Below, piece by piece: positions 25,995 to 39,289 of a stretch of DNA of 64,000 nt (position 1 is its first letter; each line of letters opens with the position of its first letter). This DNA is from Heptranchias perlo (lineage: Eukaryota), in contig NW_027138569.1 of assembly GCF_035084215.1 (NCBI RefSeq), positions 248,001 to 312,000 of the forward strand, given 5' to 3'. The position numbers were made by a program, and so were the translations under genes. The notes beneath the pieces were generated by a model, which saw only the letters and a list, made by a program, of their open reading frames with translations, was not told where the DNA came from and ran no database searches.

Positions 25995-26625
25995 AGTGAT
26001 GACAGGGTATTAGAAGGGGAGGATTTGCAGACGGGAAACTTAAACCAAACATCACATCAAGCTCTGACAGAGGCACTCGATTCATCAGGACCTGAATATC
26101 ATCGGCCTTTGAATGTGGAAGAACAAATGTTTCTCTGTTCTGTCTGTGTGAAAATGTTTCAAACATCAGTGTGACTAGAAAAGCACGGAGACAAAAACCC
26201 GAGTGAGAGTGTTCCAGTGCACTGACTGTGGGAAGAGCTTCAACCAGTTACAGAGCCGGATAAATCATCACACCATTCACAGCGGGGAGAAGCCGTACAC
26301 GTGTTCTGTGTGTGGACGAGGCTTCAACCGATTGTCCGACCTGTAGAATTACAGGGACAGCCGGACCACGGAGAAGCCGTGGAAATGTGGGGTCTGCGGG
26401 AATGGATTCAATTAACCATGTGAGCTGGAAACTCATCATCAACGCAGTCACACTGGGGAGAGGCTGTTTACCTGCTCCATGTATGAGAAGAGATTCACTC
26501 AGTCATCCCACCTAGTGAAACACAAGAGAGCTAAAACTGGGGAGAGGCCGTTCACCTGCTCCGGGTGTGGGAAGAAATTCATTCATTCATCCCACGTCTC
26601 TGCACAGCCAGTTGACATGTGACTG
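25995..26625 (+). pseudogene. Degenerate C2H2 zinc-finger exon (copy 2)
   Basis: [80 protein letters not shown]; in-frame stops and frameshifts. Confidence 0.85.
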
Positions 26626-27199
26626 CAGGGGTTGGATTCTGCTTTTATTGTTGCTGTCAATCACATTCAAGATTGAATCATGTGCATTCTGGCAGTTGGG
26701 CTATGGATCTGCTGATGTTAAGAACCCCAATAACTGGGCTAGAGTTTAATATTATGATATCGGTCAAATAAATCAGCTTTGCGTCAAACACACAGTGTGT
26801 GGAGTCCTTCATCTCTCCGGGATAAGAGGAGAATATTTGATGTCCTGTTACACATTTCCTGATATTGAGAAGTGCAATAGTTCCAACTCCACTCTCTGTT
26901 TTCTGGCCTTGACCCAACTTCCTATCCATGTTGTTATGATCTGGAATTCACTGCCTGAAAGGTGGTGGAAGCAGATTCAATAGTTACTTTCAATATGGAA
27001 TTGGATAAGATGAATTTGCAGGGTTATGGGCTAAGTGGAGGAGAGTGGGGCGAATTGGATCGCTCTTTCAATGAGCCAGCACAGACACGATGGGCTGAAT
27101 GTCCTCCTTCGATGCTGCAACATTTATTTGATTCTTTCTATGATTCTATGATTCTACCTGCGTCTTTTCTCCTCATGCCTCTGCGTAATATCATGGCAC

Positions 27200-30062
27200 T
27201 TTTCTCTCGAGTGCTCAAGTTCGAGCTTTGTGTTGCTGGTTTCACTGCGGGGCATACGGGAGGCTTCGAATTTCCTGAATCGCACGTTTCCCGAGGTGGT
27301 CACCCCACAGCTACAGAGAGTTCAGGAGGATAGTAAGTGGGTGGCCATCCGACAGGGTAGGAAGAGGCAGGCAGGTCAGGAATCCTCCTGGAGTGTGGCG
27401 CTCACGGACCGGTTTCAGTGCTGAATACCAGTGATGGTGACGCCAACTAGGGGAATCCAATCTAGAGCACATCCACGGCACCGTGGGGCAAAGGACTACA
27501 CAGTGGTGGGGTGGGGGGGCACAGCCATGTGGAGAAATGCACACAAATGATAGGTGATTGATAGTCAGTGGGATAGTCAGGCGTTTCTGCAACCGCCGAC
27601 ATGAGTCCTGCAGAGTGCTGTCTCCCCGGTCCCAGGGTAATGGACGTCAGGGAGTGGTTGCAGAAGATTATGCGTCGGGGAAGGGGAACAGCCAGAAGTC
27701 GTGGTCCATGTTGCAATCAATGATATGGGAAGGAATGGGGTTGAGGTCCTGCACACAGAGTTTCAGGAGCGAGGGAGGAAGTTAAAGAGCGGCACCTCAT
27801 GTGTGATAATCCATGGATTACTCCCAACGCCACGTGCTGATGGGTATCGGACCAATGTTCTCGTGAAGTGTTTAACTGGTGCTGTGGGTGAGGATTTAAA
27901 CTAAATTGGCAGGAGGAGGGGCACAAGGATAAAGAATTAGAGAGGAGAAACAAGGTGCATAGAGGACTGGGAAAGTCAAACAGCATTAGCATAAAGAGTA
28001 TTTCAGAAATTGGAGGGAGCATACAGGGGGCAACGTGAGGCAGACTAAGATGAGTTTTGAGTGCATGTGCGTAAATGCACGGAGCGTGGTAAATTCAGTT
28101 CGTAAGCTGCAGACGCAAATTACCACGTGGGATTATGAAATAGTTGCAATTTGGAGGCCTGGCTCATACATATCAACTTAATATTTCTGGCTACAAGGTA
28201 TTCAGGACAGGTAGGGAAGGAAGACTAGGAGACAGGGTGAGGGGGCAGGGTTGATCAGTGATATTGTTACAGAACTGGAAAGGGGTGATATAGCAGAGGG
28301 TTCAAAGACAGAAACTATTTGGTTAGTATTGAGGAAAAAAGAGAAGATATTACGATCCTGGGTGTATACTGTCGGCCAAAAAGTAGTGGGAAGGAGATAG
28401 AGGAACAAATCTGCAGGCAAGTTGCAGAAAGGTGCAAGAAATATAGAGTAGTGACAATGGGGGACTTCAATTATCTAAGTTTCGTCTGCGAAAGTAACAG
28501 TGTAAAGGGAAAAGAGGGGCATGAATTTCTGAAATGTGTACAAGAGAACTTTTTGACCAGTATGTTTCCAATCCAATGATGAAGGAAGCAGTGCTGGATC
28601 TAGTACTGGGGAAGGAATTGGCGCAAATGGACCATGTTTCAGTGTGGGAGGATTTGGGAAACAGTGTTCATAATATCAAGAGGTACTTATGAAAAATGAC
28701 AACGAACATCAAATGTGAAAATACTCAACTGGAGGTGGGCTCATTTCAGCGAGTTGAAAGGGGACGAGACACGTTCCCACTGGGGGGAATGGGGAAGCAT
28801 CAAAAGCTAGAAATAGATCATTAAGGATACAGCGACTAAAAAGAAACATAAATGGGAGGCTGATGATAAATGTTAGGCTCATAATACAGTGGAGAATCAA
28901 GCTGAATACAGGAAGTACAGAGAAGAACTGGAAAAGGAAATAAGACGGGCAAAGAATATGTATGAGAATAGATTACCGGGTAACATAAAGTGGAACCCAA
29001 AAGTCTATTCTAAACATGTAAAATAAAAGGATAGTCAAAGGAAGGGTGGGGCCGATTAGGGAAAACGAGATCTTCTTGTGGAATCCGAAGGCATGGCTGA
29101 AGTACTAAATGAGGAATTTGCATCTGTCCTCACCAAAGAAGAGGATGCTGCCAATGTCACAGTGCAGGCGGAGGTAGTCGAGCAATTTGAAAGGATGAAA
29201 ATAGATAATGAGGAGGTACTTAAAAGGTTGGAAGCGCTCAAAGTAGAAAAGTTACCCGGTCCAGAGGGGATGCATCCTAATTTGTTGAGGGAAGTAAGGG
29301 TGAAAATTGCGGAGGCTCTGGCCACAATCTTCCAATCTTCCTTAGATATGGAGGCGGTGCGGGAGGACTGGGGGGTTACAAATGTTACACCCCTGTTCAA
29401 AAAATGGAAGAGGGATAAACCTGGCAACTACAGACCAGTCAGTATAACTTCGGTGGTGGGGAAAGATTCAGAGAGAATAATTGGAGACAAATTTAATTTT
29501 CATTTGGAAAAAGCATGGGCGAATAAATGACAGCCAGCATGGATTAGTTAATAGAAAATTGTGTTTTACTAAATTGATGAAGTTCTTTGATGAAGTAATG
29601 GAGAGGGTTGAGGAAGGTCATACAGTCAATGTTGTGTATATGAACGTTCAAATGGCATTTGATAAAGTGCCACGTCATAGACCTTTTGCAAAATTAAATC
29701 CATTGGATTAAACGGGCAGTGGCAGCTTGAATAAGAAATTGGCTAAGGGACAGAAAGCAAAGAGTAGTTGTGAAATATTGTTTTTCAGACTGCAGCGAAA
29801 TATATAGTGGTGTTCCCCAGGGGTCGGTAATATGACCACTGCAGTTTTTGATATATATTGATGACCTGCACTTGGGTATAGAGAGTATAATTTCAAAGTT
29901 TGCAGATGACACAAAACTCGGAAATGTAATAAACAGTGAGGAGGATAGTAACAGACTTCAGGAGGACATAGATAAACGGGTCAAATGGGCAGACACATGG
30001 CGGATGAAATCTAACGCGGAGAAATGTGAGGGGGTGTAGTTTGGTAGGAAGAATGAGAATAG

Positions 30063-30093
<31 letters not shown>

Positions 30094-30420
30094 TCGTTCA
30101 TGGGATGTGGGCATCGCTGACAAGGCCAGCATTATTGCCCATCCCTAATTGCCCTTGAGAAGGTGTTTGTGAGCCGCCTTCTTGAACCGCTGCAGTCCGT
30201 GTGGTGAAGGTTCTCCCACAGTGCTGTTAGGAAGGGAGTTCAAGGATTTTGACCCAGCGACGATAAAGGAACTGCGATATATTTCCAAGTCCGGATGGTG
30301 TATGACTTGATACAAATGGTTCACTTTTAAAGGTGGTGCAGGAACAGAGAGACCTGGGGTGCACGTGCACAAATCTTTGAAGGTGACAGGGCAAGTTGAG
30401 AAGGATGCGCAGTCAAAGGG
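27200..30420 (+). mobile_element. CR1 LINE, long degenerate copy (ORF1 remnant, APE, RT) with a nested antisense LINE tail at about 30090-30305
   Basis: VVVHVAIND (ORF1 esterase-like), LGVYCRPK, VTMGDFNY, PGPEGMHPNLLRE, PGNYRPVSITSVVGK, SKFADDTKLG. Confidence 0.88.
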
Positions 30421-33237
30421 TCTCCACACCTGCCATATTCATATTCCTGCTCCCTAATGTAAAGCAGTCACACAAGTATGTGGCCCTAGATTCTTCGAAA
30501 CATTCTAAACTCATATTATTAGAGACATAAACGTCTTCCAGTTGCGTTAGTATGTTTAGTCCTTCAATGAATCGTGTGTCGAAGTGCACACTCCTGGCGA
30601 GACACCTGAGAGCTGCGTTTTGATAACCCGACGCCGACCCGGAAGCAGGTTCCGATCTCTGAAGGGAAATGATGAACCAATTGGATCTTTGTGACAATCC
30701 GGCAATTTTTTTTTGCATATTCTTTTCCAAGATTATTATCTTTAGCTTTCCAACTCGCAATGATATAATTGGACCTCACTGCCTCTGATTTCTAGTTCCC
30801 GATATTAATAAAGTACACAACACGGATTTAGTTACAATACAGTAGTAGGACAGGCCTGAATATCCTCAATTTAAAACATGAATTAACTTATTTCAAAGAT
30901 AGTCTGACTTCGTAATATGAGGTCGTGATATCACTGTAATAGTATATTGTTAACGTGGCCATTTTTAACTTTCAGTTAACACCCTGCTGCATTTCCTATG
31001 CCCTATGCAAGGGTATTCGATATTTAGGCAGGGCAGGCAAAAAGGAAAAGGAGGTGGGGTGGCGTTGTTAGTAAAGGATGAAAACAGAACAATAGTGAGA
31101 AAGGATATTGGCTCAGAAAATCAAGATGTAGAATCAGTTTGGGTGAAGTTAAGAAGCACCAAGAGGCAGAAAACACTGGTCGGGTTGTCTATAGGCTTTC
31201 AAACAATAGTGGTAATATAAAGGATGGGAACAAACAGGAAATTAGAGATGCGTGTAACAAAGCTACTACAGTAATCATGGATGACATTAAGCTGCATACA
31301 GACTGGCCAAACCAAATTAGCAATAATATTGTGGAGGATGAATTCCTGGAGTATATACGAGATTTTTTTTTAGACAAGGACACTAAGGAGCCAATAAGGG
31401 AACAGGCCATCCTAGATTGAGTATTGTGCAATAAGAAGGGGTTAATTAATAATCTTGTTGTGCAGGGTCCTTTAGACAAGAGTGACATAACTTGATAGGA
31501 TTCTTCATTAAGACGGAAAGTGAAGTAGTCCAATCCGAAATTAGGGTCCTAAATCTAAACAAAGGAAACAACGAAGGTATGAGGAGTGAGTTGGCTATGA
31601 TAGATTGGGAAGCTTCATTCAAAGGCATGACAGTTGATAGACAATGGCTAACATTTAAGGAACAAATGCATGCATTGCAATAATTATACATTCCGTTCTG
31701 GCACAAAAACACAAAAGGAAATGCGGCCCAATCATGGATAACAAAAGAAATGAAGGATAGTTTTGTAGCCAAAGAGGATATAAAGTTGCCAGAAAAAGTA
31801 GCAAGACTGAGGATTTGGAGCAGTTTAGCATTCAGCAAAAACGGACCAAAAGATTGATTGAGGGGAGAAATAGAGTATGAGAGTAAACTTGCAAGGAACA
31901 TAAAAGTCGACTGTAAAAGCTTCTACAAGTATGTAAAAAGGAAAAGATTAGTGAAGACTAATGTAGGTCCCTTACAGTCAGAAACGGGAGAATTTATGAT
32001 TGGGAACAAGGGAATGGGAGAGCAATTAAACAAATACTTTAGTTCTGTCTTGACTGAAGAGGACACAAATAACTTCCCAGAAATGCTAGTGAACCAAGAG
32101 ACGAGTGAGAAGGAGGAATTAAATGAAATTAGTATTAGTGAAAAAAATAGTGCTGGAGAAATTAATGTTACTTAAATCCGATAAATCCCCAGGTCCTGAT
32201 AATCTACATCCCAGAGTACTAATATAGGTAGCCATGGTAAGAGTGGATGCATTAGTTGTCACCTTCCAACACTCTATACAGTATGGAACAGCTCCTGCAG
32301 AATGGAGGGTGGCAAATCTAATCCCATTATTTAAAAATGGAGGGAGAGAGAAAATAGGGAACTACAGACCGGTTAGCCTAGCATCAATAGTAGGGAAAAT
32401 GCGGGAGTCTGATATAAAGGTTGCGATAACAGGACACTTCGATACTATCAACGGAATTAGGCAAAGTCAACATGGATTAATGAAAGGGAAATCATGTTTG
32501 ACAAAGCTCCTGGAGTTTTTTGAGAATGTAACTGGTATAATAGATAAGGGAGAACCAGTGGATGTGGGTTATTTGGATTTTCAGAAGGCCTTTGACAAAG
32601 TCCCATGTGGAAAATTCAAAGCACATGGGATTGGTGGTAATATACTGGCATGGATTGAAAATTGGTCAACATTCAGGGAACAGAGAGTAGGAAAAAATGG
32701 GTCTTTTTCTTGGTGACAGGCAGTGACGAGTGGGGCACAGCAGGGATCAGTGCTTGGTCCTCAGCTATTCACAATATATTCACAATATATATATATCAAT
32801 GATCTGCATGAGGGAACCAAATGTAATATTTCCAAATTTGTGACGACACGAAACTATGTGGGATCGTGAGTTGTGAGGAGGATGGCCAAATACATGGCAG
32901 ACGCAGAATAATATGGATAAATGTAAAGTTATCCACTTCAGAAGGAAAAACAGAAAGGCAGAGTATTATTTAAATGGTGATAGATTGAGAAATGTTGATG
33001 TACAAAGGGACCTGGTTGTCCTTGTACACCAGTCTCTGAAAGCAAACATGCAGATGCGGCAAGCAGTTAGGAAGGCAAATGGTATGTTGGCCTTAATTGC
33101 AAGAGGATTTGAGTACAGGAGTAAGGATGTCTTACTGTAGTTATACAGGATGTGGAGATGCCGGTGATGGACTGGGGTGGACAAATTTCAGCAATCTTAC
33201 AACACCAGGTTCTAGTCCAACAGTTTTATTTAATTAA

Positions 33238-33274
33238 TCATAAGCTTTCGGAGCTTACCTCCTTCGTCAGGTGA
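33238..33274 (-). ncRNA. Minimal hammerhead ribozyme motif (stem I mismatch)
   Basis: Reverse complement UCAC-CUGACGA-A-GGAG-GUAAG-CUCC-GAAA-GCUU-AUGA. Confidence 0.6.
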
Positions 33275-34447
33275 GTGAGGTTCTAAAATCGCATAGCATA
33301 TATTAGGCTGGGAGACGGTCACAGAAATCAAATGTGTCGTTGGTGTTCAGACAGGTTAGCCACGGAAAACAGTACATCCCAGCATAATGAATACACAATA
33401 GGTCAGATTACACAGACAAAGAGAGAAAGAGACCCGAAAGGCAGAAAGAGAGAAAGAGAGAATTTACAGTTGTATTAAAAACAGATAACTTTTTTTCCCC
33501 GCTGGTGGGGTTACGTGTAGCGTGACATGAACCCAAGATCCCGGTTGAGGCCGTCCTCATGGGTGCGGAACTTGGCTATCAATTTCTGCTCGACGATTTT
33601 GCGTTGTCGTGCGTCTCGAAGGCCGCCTTGGAGAACGCTTACCCGAAGATCGGTGGCTGAATGTCCTTGACTGCGGAAGTGTTCCCCGACTGGGAGGGAG
33701 CCCTCCTGTCTGGTGTCGTGGTCGCTGTTCTCCTGAAAGCTGGGTAATTTGCTGCGAACGATTTTCAGGAGAACAGCGTCCACGACACCACACAACCCTG
33801 CCACGACAACCTCTGCAAGACATGCCAGATCATCGACACAAATACCACCATCACACGAGAGGACACCACCCACCAAGTACATGGTTCATACTCCTGTGAC
33901 TCGGCCAACGTTGTCTACCTCATACGTTGCAGGAAAGGATGCCCCAGAGCATGGTACATTAGCGAGACCATGCAGACGCTGCGACAACGGAAGAACGGAC
34001 ACCGCGCAACAATCGCCAGACAGGAGGGTTCCCTCCCAGTCGGGGAACACTTCAGCAGTCAAGGACATTCAGCCACCGATCTTCGGGTAAGCGTTCTCCA
34101 AGGCGGCCTTCGAGACGCACGACAACGCAAAATCGTCGAGCAGAAATTGATAGCCAAGTTCTGCACCCATGAGGACGGCCTCAACCGGGATCTTGGGTTC
34201 ATGTCATGCTACACATCACCCCACCAGCGGGAAAAAAAGTTATTTGTTTTTAATACAACTGGATATTCTCTCTCTCTCTGCCTTTCGGGTCTCTTTCTCT
34301 CTTTGTCTGTGTAAACTGACCCAATGTGTATTCAGTGTGCTGGGATGTAATGTTTTCCGTGGCTAACCTGTCTGAACAACAACGACACCTTTGATTGCTG
34401 TGACCGTCTCCCAGCCTAATATATGCTATGCGATTTTAGAACCTCAC

Positions 34448-34484
34448 TCACCTGACGAAGGAGGTAAGCTCCGAAAGCTTGTGA
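34448..34484 (+). ncRNA. Minimal hammerhead ribozyme motif
   Basis: UCAC-CUGACGA-A-GGAG-GUAAG-CUCC-GAAA-GCUU-GUGA. Confidence 0.72.
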
Positions 34485-36164
34485 TTAATTAAATAAAACT
34501 GTTGGACTATAACCTGGTGTTGTAAGATTGCTTACATTTGTAGTCATACAGGACCTTGGTGAAACCACACCTGGAGTATTGTGTGCAGTTTTGGCCTCCT
34601 GACCTAAGAAATGATACACTTGACATAGAGGGAGTGCAGCGAAGGTTCACCAGACTGATTCCTGGGATGGCAGGACTGTCGTATGAGGAGAGATTGAGTC
34701 GACTCGGCTTGTATTCACTCAAGTTTAGAAAAATGAGAGGGGATCTCATTGAAACAAATAAAATTCTGAGAGGGCTCGAGAGACTGGATGCAGGGAGGAT
34801 GTTACCCTGTCTTTGCGGTTTAGAATGGAGGGGTCACAATCTCAGGATATGAGGTAGGACATTTAGGACTGAGATGAGGAGAAATTTCTTCACTCAAAGG
34901 GTGGTGAACCTGTGAATTCTCTACCACAGAAGGCTGTGGAGGCCAAGTCAATAATTAAGAAGGAGCTCGATGGATTTCTTGACACAAAAGTCATCAAAGG
35001 GTATGTGGAGAGAGCGGCAATATGGTATTGAGATCGACGATCAGCCATGATCATATTAAGCAAGCTAGAAGGGCCGATTGACCTAATCCTGCTGCTATTT
35101 TCTATGTTTCTATGTTTCTTTTTTTTCCCACATACGAAATTCTGTGTTTTTTCCGAACGTTGGCTCCACCAGTTCTGAAAGCGCGCCTGGTCCGCACGGT
35201 TCCTATGGCTACATGTATTCTGTCTATTCTCGGTGTAATTGAGTTGTGCATTGGGACTCAGGAGTCCAAATTCATTGGTTTACACCTCCCTCCTTTGCCA
35301 ATTGCATTGAGTCACATGTCAGGAACCCTCGCATGTATGACGCATGAAACTAAATATATTCTCAGGCCTTGCAACGGCACCAACGCCACCTCATTAATCC
35401 ATTCCGGTATGTTATTGTTCCGTTACATTTTATGATCAGTTGGGAAATGTCCCCTTTCATGAGAAGGTCTTAGTGTTTCCGAAAAGTACTTTTATCTTAC
35501 AATGAAGACTGGTTGTGACCAGTCAGTGGAACTCCAGCGTTAAAATGAGAAACGACGGAGGCTCACGGCCCTTTCTGAAATTGGGCACTCAATCTAACTG
35601 GACACACTGGCGCAGTGCTGAGAGAGTGCTGCATTGCCACAGGACTTTGTGATCAGACGTTAAACCGAGGCCCAGTAAAAGGTGGAGAGAAAATTTCCTA
35701 TGGGAGAAGATCAGAGATTCCCTCCCCACCCCCAACTACCGAAACAGGATATCCTGTCATTCATGTTAATGTCTACATCGTTAAAGCAATAGATATTATA
35801 GAAATGTATAAAGTGGTCACATGGAACTGTCCGTGTGTCGCACTCAGTGATACGGGCGCCAGCTCCCCAAGGGAACAAAGCACTGACATGATTCCCTGAG
35901 GAGCTTACAACATCTGCAACAATTCTATCCTAATCCTACACTTAATACATTCTCACTCGCAGTATCACTGTCCGTGCTGATCTATAGCCTGGAGATTACA
36001 GTTAGCTATATATTTATATATAATATATCATTCAAAAGTTTTCAATTAAAGTACATCGTTTCATACAGAGAATATGCAATCCTATATGGCTCATAATACT
36101 TGCAGGTAGATGCAGCGGGATTGAGCTGGTATATAGTTATAGAGTTCCAAATATTCGAGTGGGA

Positions 36165-36620
36165 GGCGTTCGGTGATGGGCCGGGAGTGCACTGATGTGT
36201 TAGATGTCGCTGGGAAGGGGGATGTGAGTGATTGGGACAGATTAGTCAGCGGCAGGACCTGATCACTGTCCTGCGGGGCGCTCGGTGATGGGCCGGGAGT
36301 CTACTGATGTGTTAAGGGTTGGTGGGAAGGGGGAATGTGAGGGGCTGGAACAGATTAGTCAGTGGCAGGACCTGGTCAATGTCCTGCAGGGCGCTCGGTG
36401 ATGGGCCGGGAGTGTACTGATGTGTTAAGGGTTGGTGGGAAGGGGGAATGTGAGGGGCTGGAACAGATTAGTCAGTGGCAGGACCTGGTCAATGTCCTGC
36501 AAGGTGCTCGGTGATGGGCCGGGAGTGTACTGATGTGTAAATTGATGCTGTGAAGTGGGATGTGAGTGATTGGGCCAGATTGGGTCGGCGGCAGGAACTG
36601 ATCAATGTCTCGCAGGGCGC
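36165..36620. repeat. About 113-bp tandem repeat x4
   Basis: CGGTGATGGGCCGGGAGT recurs at 36171, 36283, 36396, 36509. Confidence 0.92.
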
Positions 36621-37064
36621 AGAGGAATTACAATGATATCGCTGCCAAAAATACCACCAACACTCCGAATGACAATTCCTTCATTCTCAACTCCACTGAC
36701 ATGCTGTGAAATATAAGCAGCCGATTTATTGAATCAGGTGCCTCTTCCCCGGTGACTCTCACCTGTTTATTACCAGGTACTCATTTCAGTTCTCCTGACC
36801 CTGTACCAGTGGACATTTTGTCCTTTTCAAACAACACTGTACGCTGCCACCTGCAATGATTTGATTGTCGAAAACAAATATCTCAGTTCATTAATAATGT
36901 TTCCACACTTGAAACGGGCAATGAGCCTTTAAAGCATTGATCATTTGTGAAAGTCCTGCATAGTACAGCTCGGTACACAAAGGAAGCAAGTCAATTTCTT
37001 CAAACAGCGACTCCATGGTGGATATTACTGACTGTTAACACTCGACATCAAGTACTGGCAGCAA

Positions 37065-37520
37065 AGTGTCAGCCGTGACTCTCTCACCCCTGGGGCAGAA
37101 GGTCATGGGTTTACTTCCTACTCCAGAGACTTGAGCTAAATCCCCAGGCTCACCCTACCATGCAGTACTGAGGGAGTGCTGCACTGTCAGAGGTGCCGTC
37201 TTTCGAATATGATGTTAAATCGAGGCCACATCTGCCCTCTAAGTTGGACGTCAAAGATCCCAAAGCATTATTTCGAAGAAGAGCAGTGGAATTCCCTCCG
37301 GTATCCTGACAAATATATTTCCCTCAACCAGCATCACTAAAACAGATGACCTGGTCATTATCACATTGCTGTTTGTGGGATCTTGCTGTGCGCAATTAGC
37401 TGCAGCATTTCCTACATTACAACAGTGGCTACACTTGAAAAAAAGTATTTAATTGGCTGGAAAGCGCTTTGGGTCGCCCTGAAGTCGTGAACAGCGCTAC
37501 ATAAATGCAAATCTTTCCTT
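37065..37520 (+). mobile_element. Near full-length Deu-domain SINE with L2-like tail
   Basis: Head with a degenerate B-box-like segment, GAGGGAGTGCTGCACTGTCAGAGGTGCCGTCTTTCG core, tail AAAGCGCTTTGGG...GCGCTACATAAATGCAA. Confidence 0.75.
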
Positions 37521-39289
37521 AGACGCTTTTCAATAACCTTTAGCACATGCCTGACAGCATTGATATCATAACCAGTAGCATTTGCATTATTCTCAAAACC
37601 AATCACCACTGAAATAAGCATTGATTTTCATACCCTTTAGAATTTAACCCTATCAAAGAGCATTAATCTATCCCTGAGATCAATGCAATAAAAGCAAGGA
37701 CTTTAATCCATATGAATCAGGATTAATCCCATTCATACTTTTCCTGGCGCATCCCATTCATCCCTGCTCCTAGCATTGCCGATATTCATACCAACATTCT
37801 CTAAACTATCTCCTCAGTCTCTCACAATATTGTTTGGTCCATTTGTCGATTTTTCCATTATTAGCCATATGGACCTTCCTGCAGATTTCAGCCTTGATAT
37901 CATTATATTGCACCTTTCGCTGTTTCCTGATCATCTCAATCCACCCCCTCCAAGTTTACATGGTTTAGAAGAAATATGACTAAATCTATCAATTTTGGTT
38001 GCAGCTGTTTGAACCGCTCAACACGGGCGGGTTCGCCCCGAATTTACATAATGACTTATGTTTTCATGTCTGCAGGAAATCAGAACTAAGAAGTCTGTCA
38101 CAATTGTTGTCTCACCCAAAAACGCCATTTATTAATTCAATTTGTAAACTAATCGATTAAGCTGAAGTGAGGTCAGTTAATGGACAGACAGCAGGAGTTG
38201 TGGCCTTATGTGGCCTTACCTGTGTGTCGTCAAGTACAAAGCCTTATTTAGGATCTAAGCTTTAGGCCGAAATCCTTGTTATTTTGCCGCAAAACAGCAC
38301 GCAGCTCGCAGAATGCAGGTCAATGGCCCATAACTGAGCACAGGTCCCATACCATTCATCTGTAGCGTCTCGGTATCTTGTGATCTGCAGCCGAATAAAA
38401 CAAGAACTGGTGCCGAGAAACATTTCAAATGTTGGGTCGTGGCTCTGCTGTGCGATTTGTTTGCAATGCTTTGACCTATTTTCCAAGGTGATAAATATTT
38501 TAATAATGATCAGTCTGTGCTTCCCATCAATAAAACTGACCGATCCACTTATAGACACTTGCTGAATAACATCGAATCGATTTAGCTCCGAAATATATGA
38601 TGCAGTTTTATCAATCATTTTCCACGAAGCAATTGCATAACCGAGCTGTTGAACAGACGGCTATTCGAACTTATCGCTGAAATTATTTGATCTTAAGCAT
38701 CTACTCGCTTTAAGAACAAATTCTGGTTGAAAAGTTGTAAGAGAACTGAAACAGTAGGATTTGGGCCCGGATCTCTCCGTCTCAGCCATAACTTGGAATG
38801 TATATCTTCCAAACAGCTTAAAGCCCACTTACTTTAAACCTCGTGATAAGGAGAGAGACAAGAATAGCTTTAGATAAATTACATAATCTTATTCCGTGTG
38901 CATCGCAAGCCGATTGTATTTTAATAAGTTGAGGAGGTTGTTCTGGACGGTGATTGATGCGCGGAACAGATTATTATTAGTTGATGATGTGGAAGTGGGG
39001 AGGTAATGGCGATAACACACAGCAAACGAGTCAGTTCCTTGTTTTAGTTCCCTTACGATACGAAAACTTCAGGCTATAAGTGGCATGGGGCGAACCCCGC
39101 CTGTGTCTTGCGGTGAAAGCCGTCAAAATTAATTGGCTGAACTGGCCAGTATTTACTTATTAAAACCATTAGGATTGAACGTACATCGATACTATTAATG
39201 GATTGATGTGTTTTATTGTGTTATATTATAAAAATATAAATGTATTAGCACATGTGTGAATGGAGAAATAAACCTCACTGTCCGGAGAA

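Larger units (their letters stand above)
33151..34538. mobile_element. Penelope-like element 3' end with GIY-YIG endonuclease, fold-back structure
   Basis: Plus frame from about 33766 reads PCHDNLCKTC...CDSANVVYLIRCRKGCPRAWYISETMQTLRQRKNGHR...EQKLIAKFCTHEDGLNRD. Inverted arms 33191-33713 and 34016-34531. 15-bp TSD TGTAGT(T/C)ATACAGGA at 33136-33150 and 34539-34553. Confidence 0.92.
31005..35115 (+). mobile_element. CR1 LINE ORF2 (degenerate) hosting a Penelope-like insertion
   Basis: GYSIFRQGRQKGKGGGVALLVK, GNYRPVSLASIVGK, YLDFQKAFDKVP, VKPHLEYCVQFW; TTTCTATG tail at about 35099-35115. Confidence 0.9.

Noticed and set aside
27200-35115. Intact autonomous LINE or Penelope ORFs
   Set aside because: All copies carry stops, frameshifts or truncations; the Penelope copy lacks its RT.
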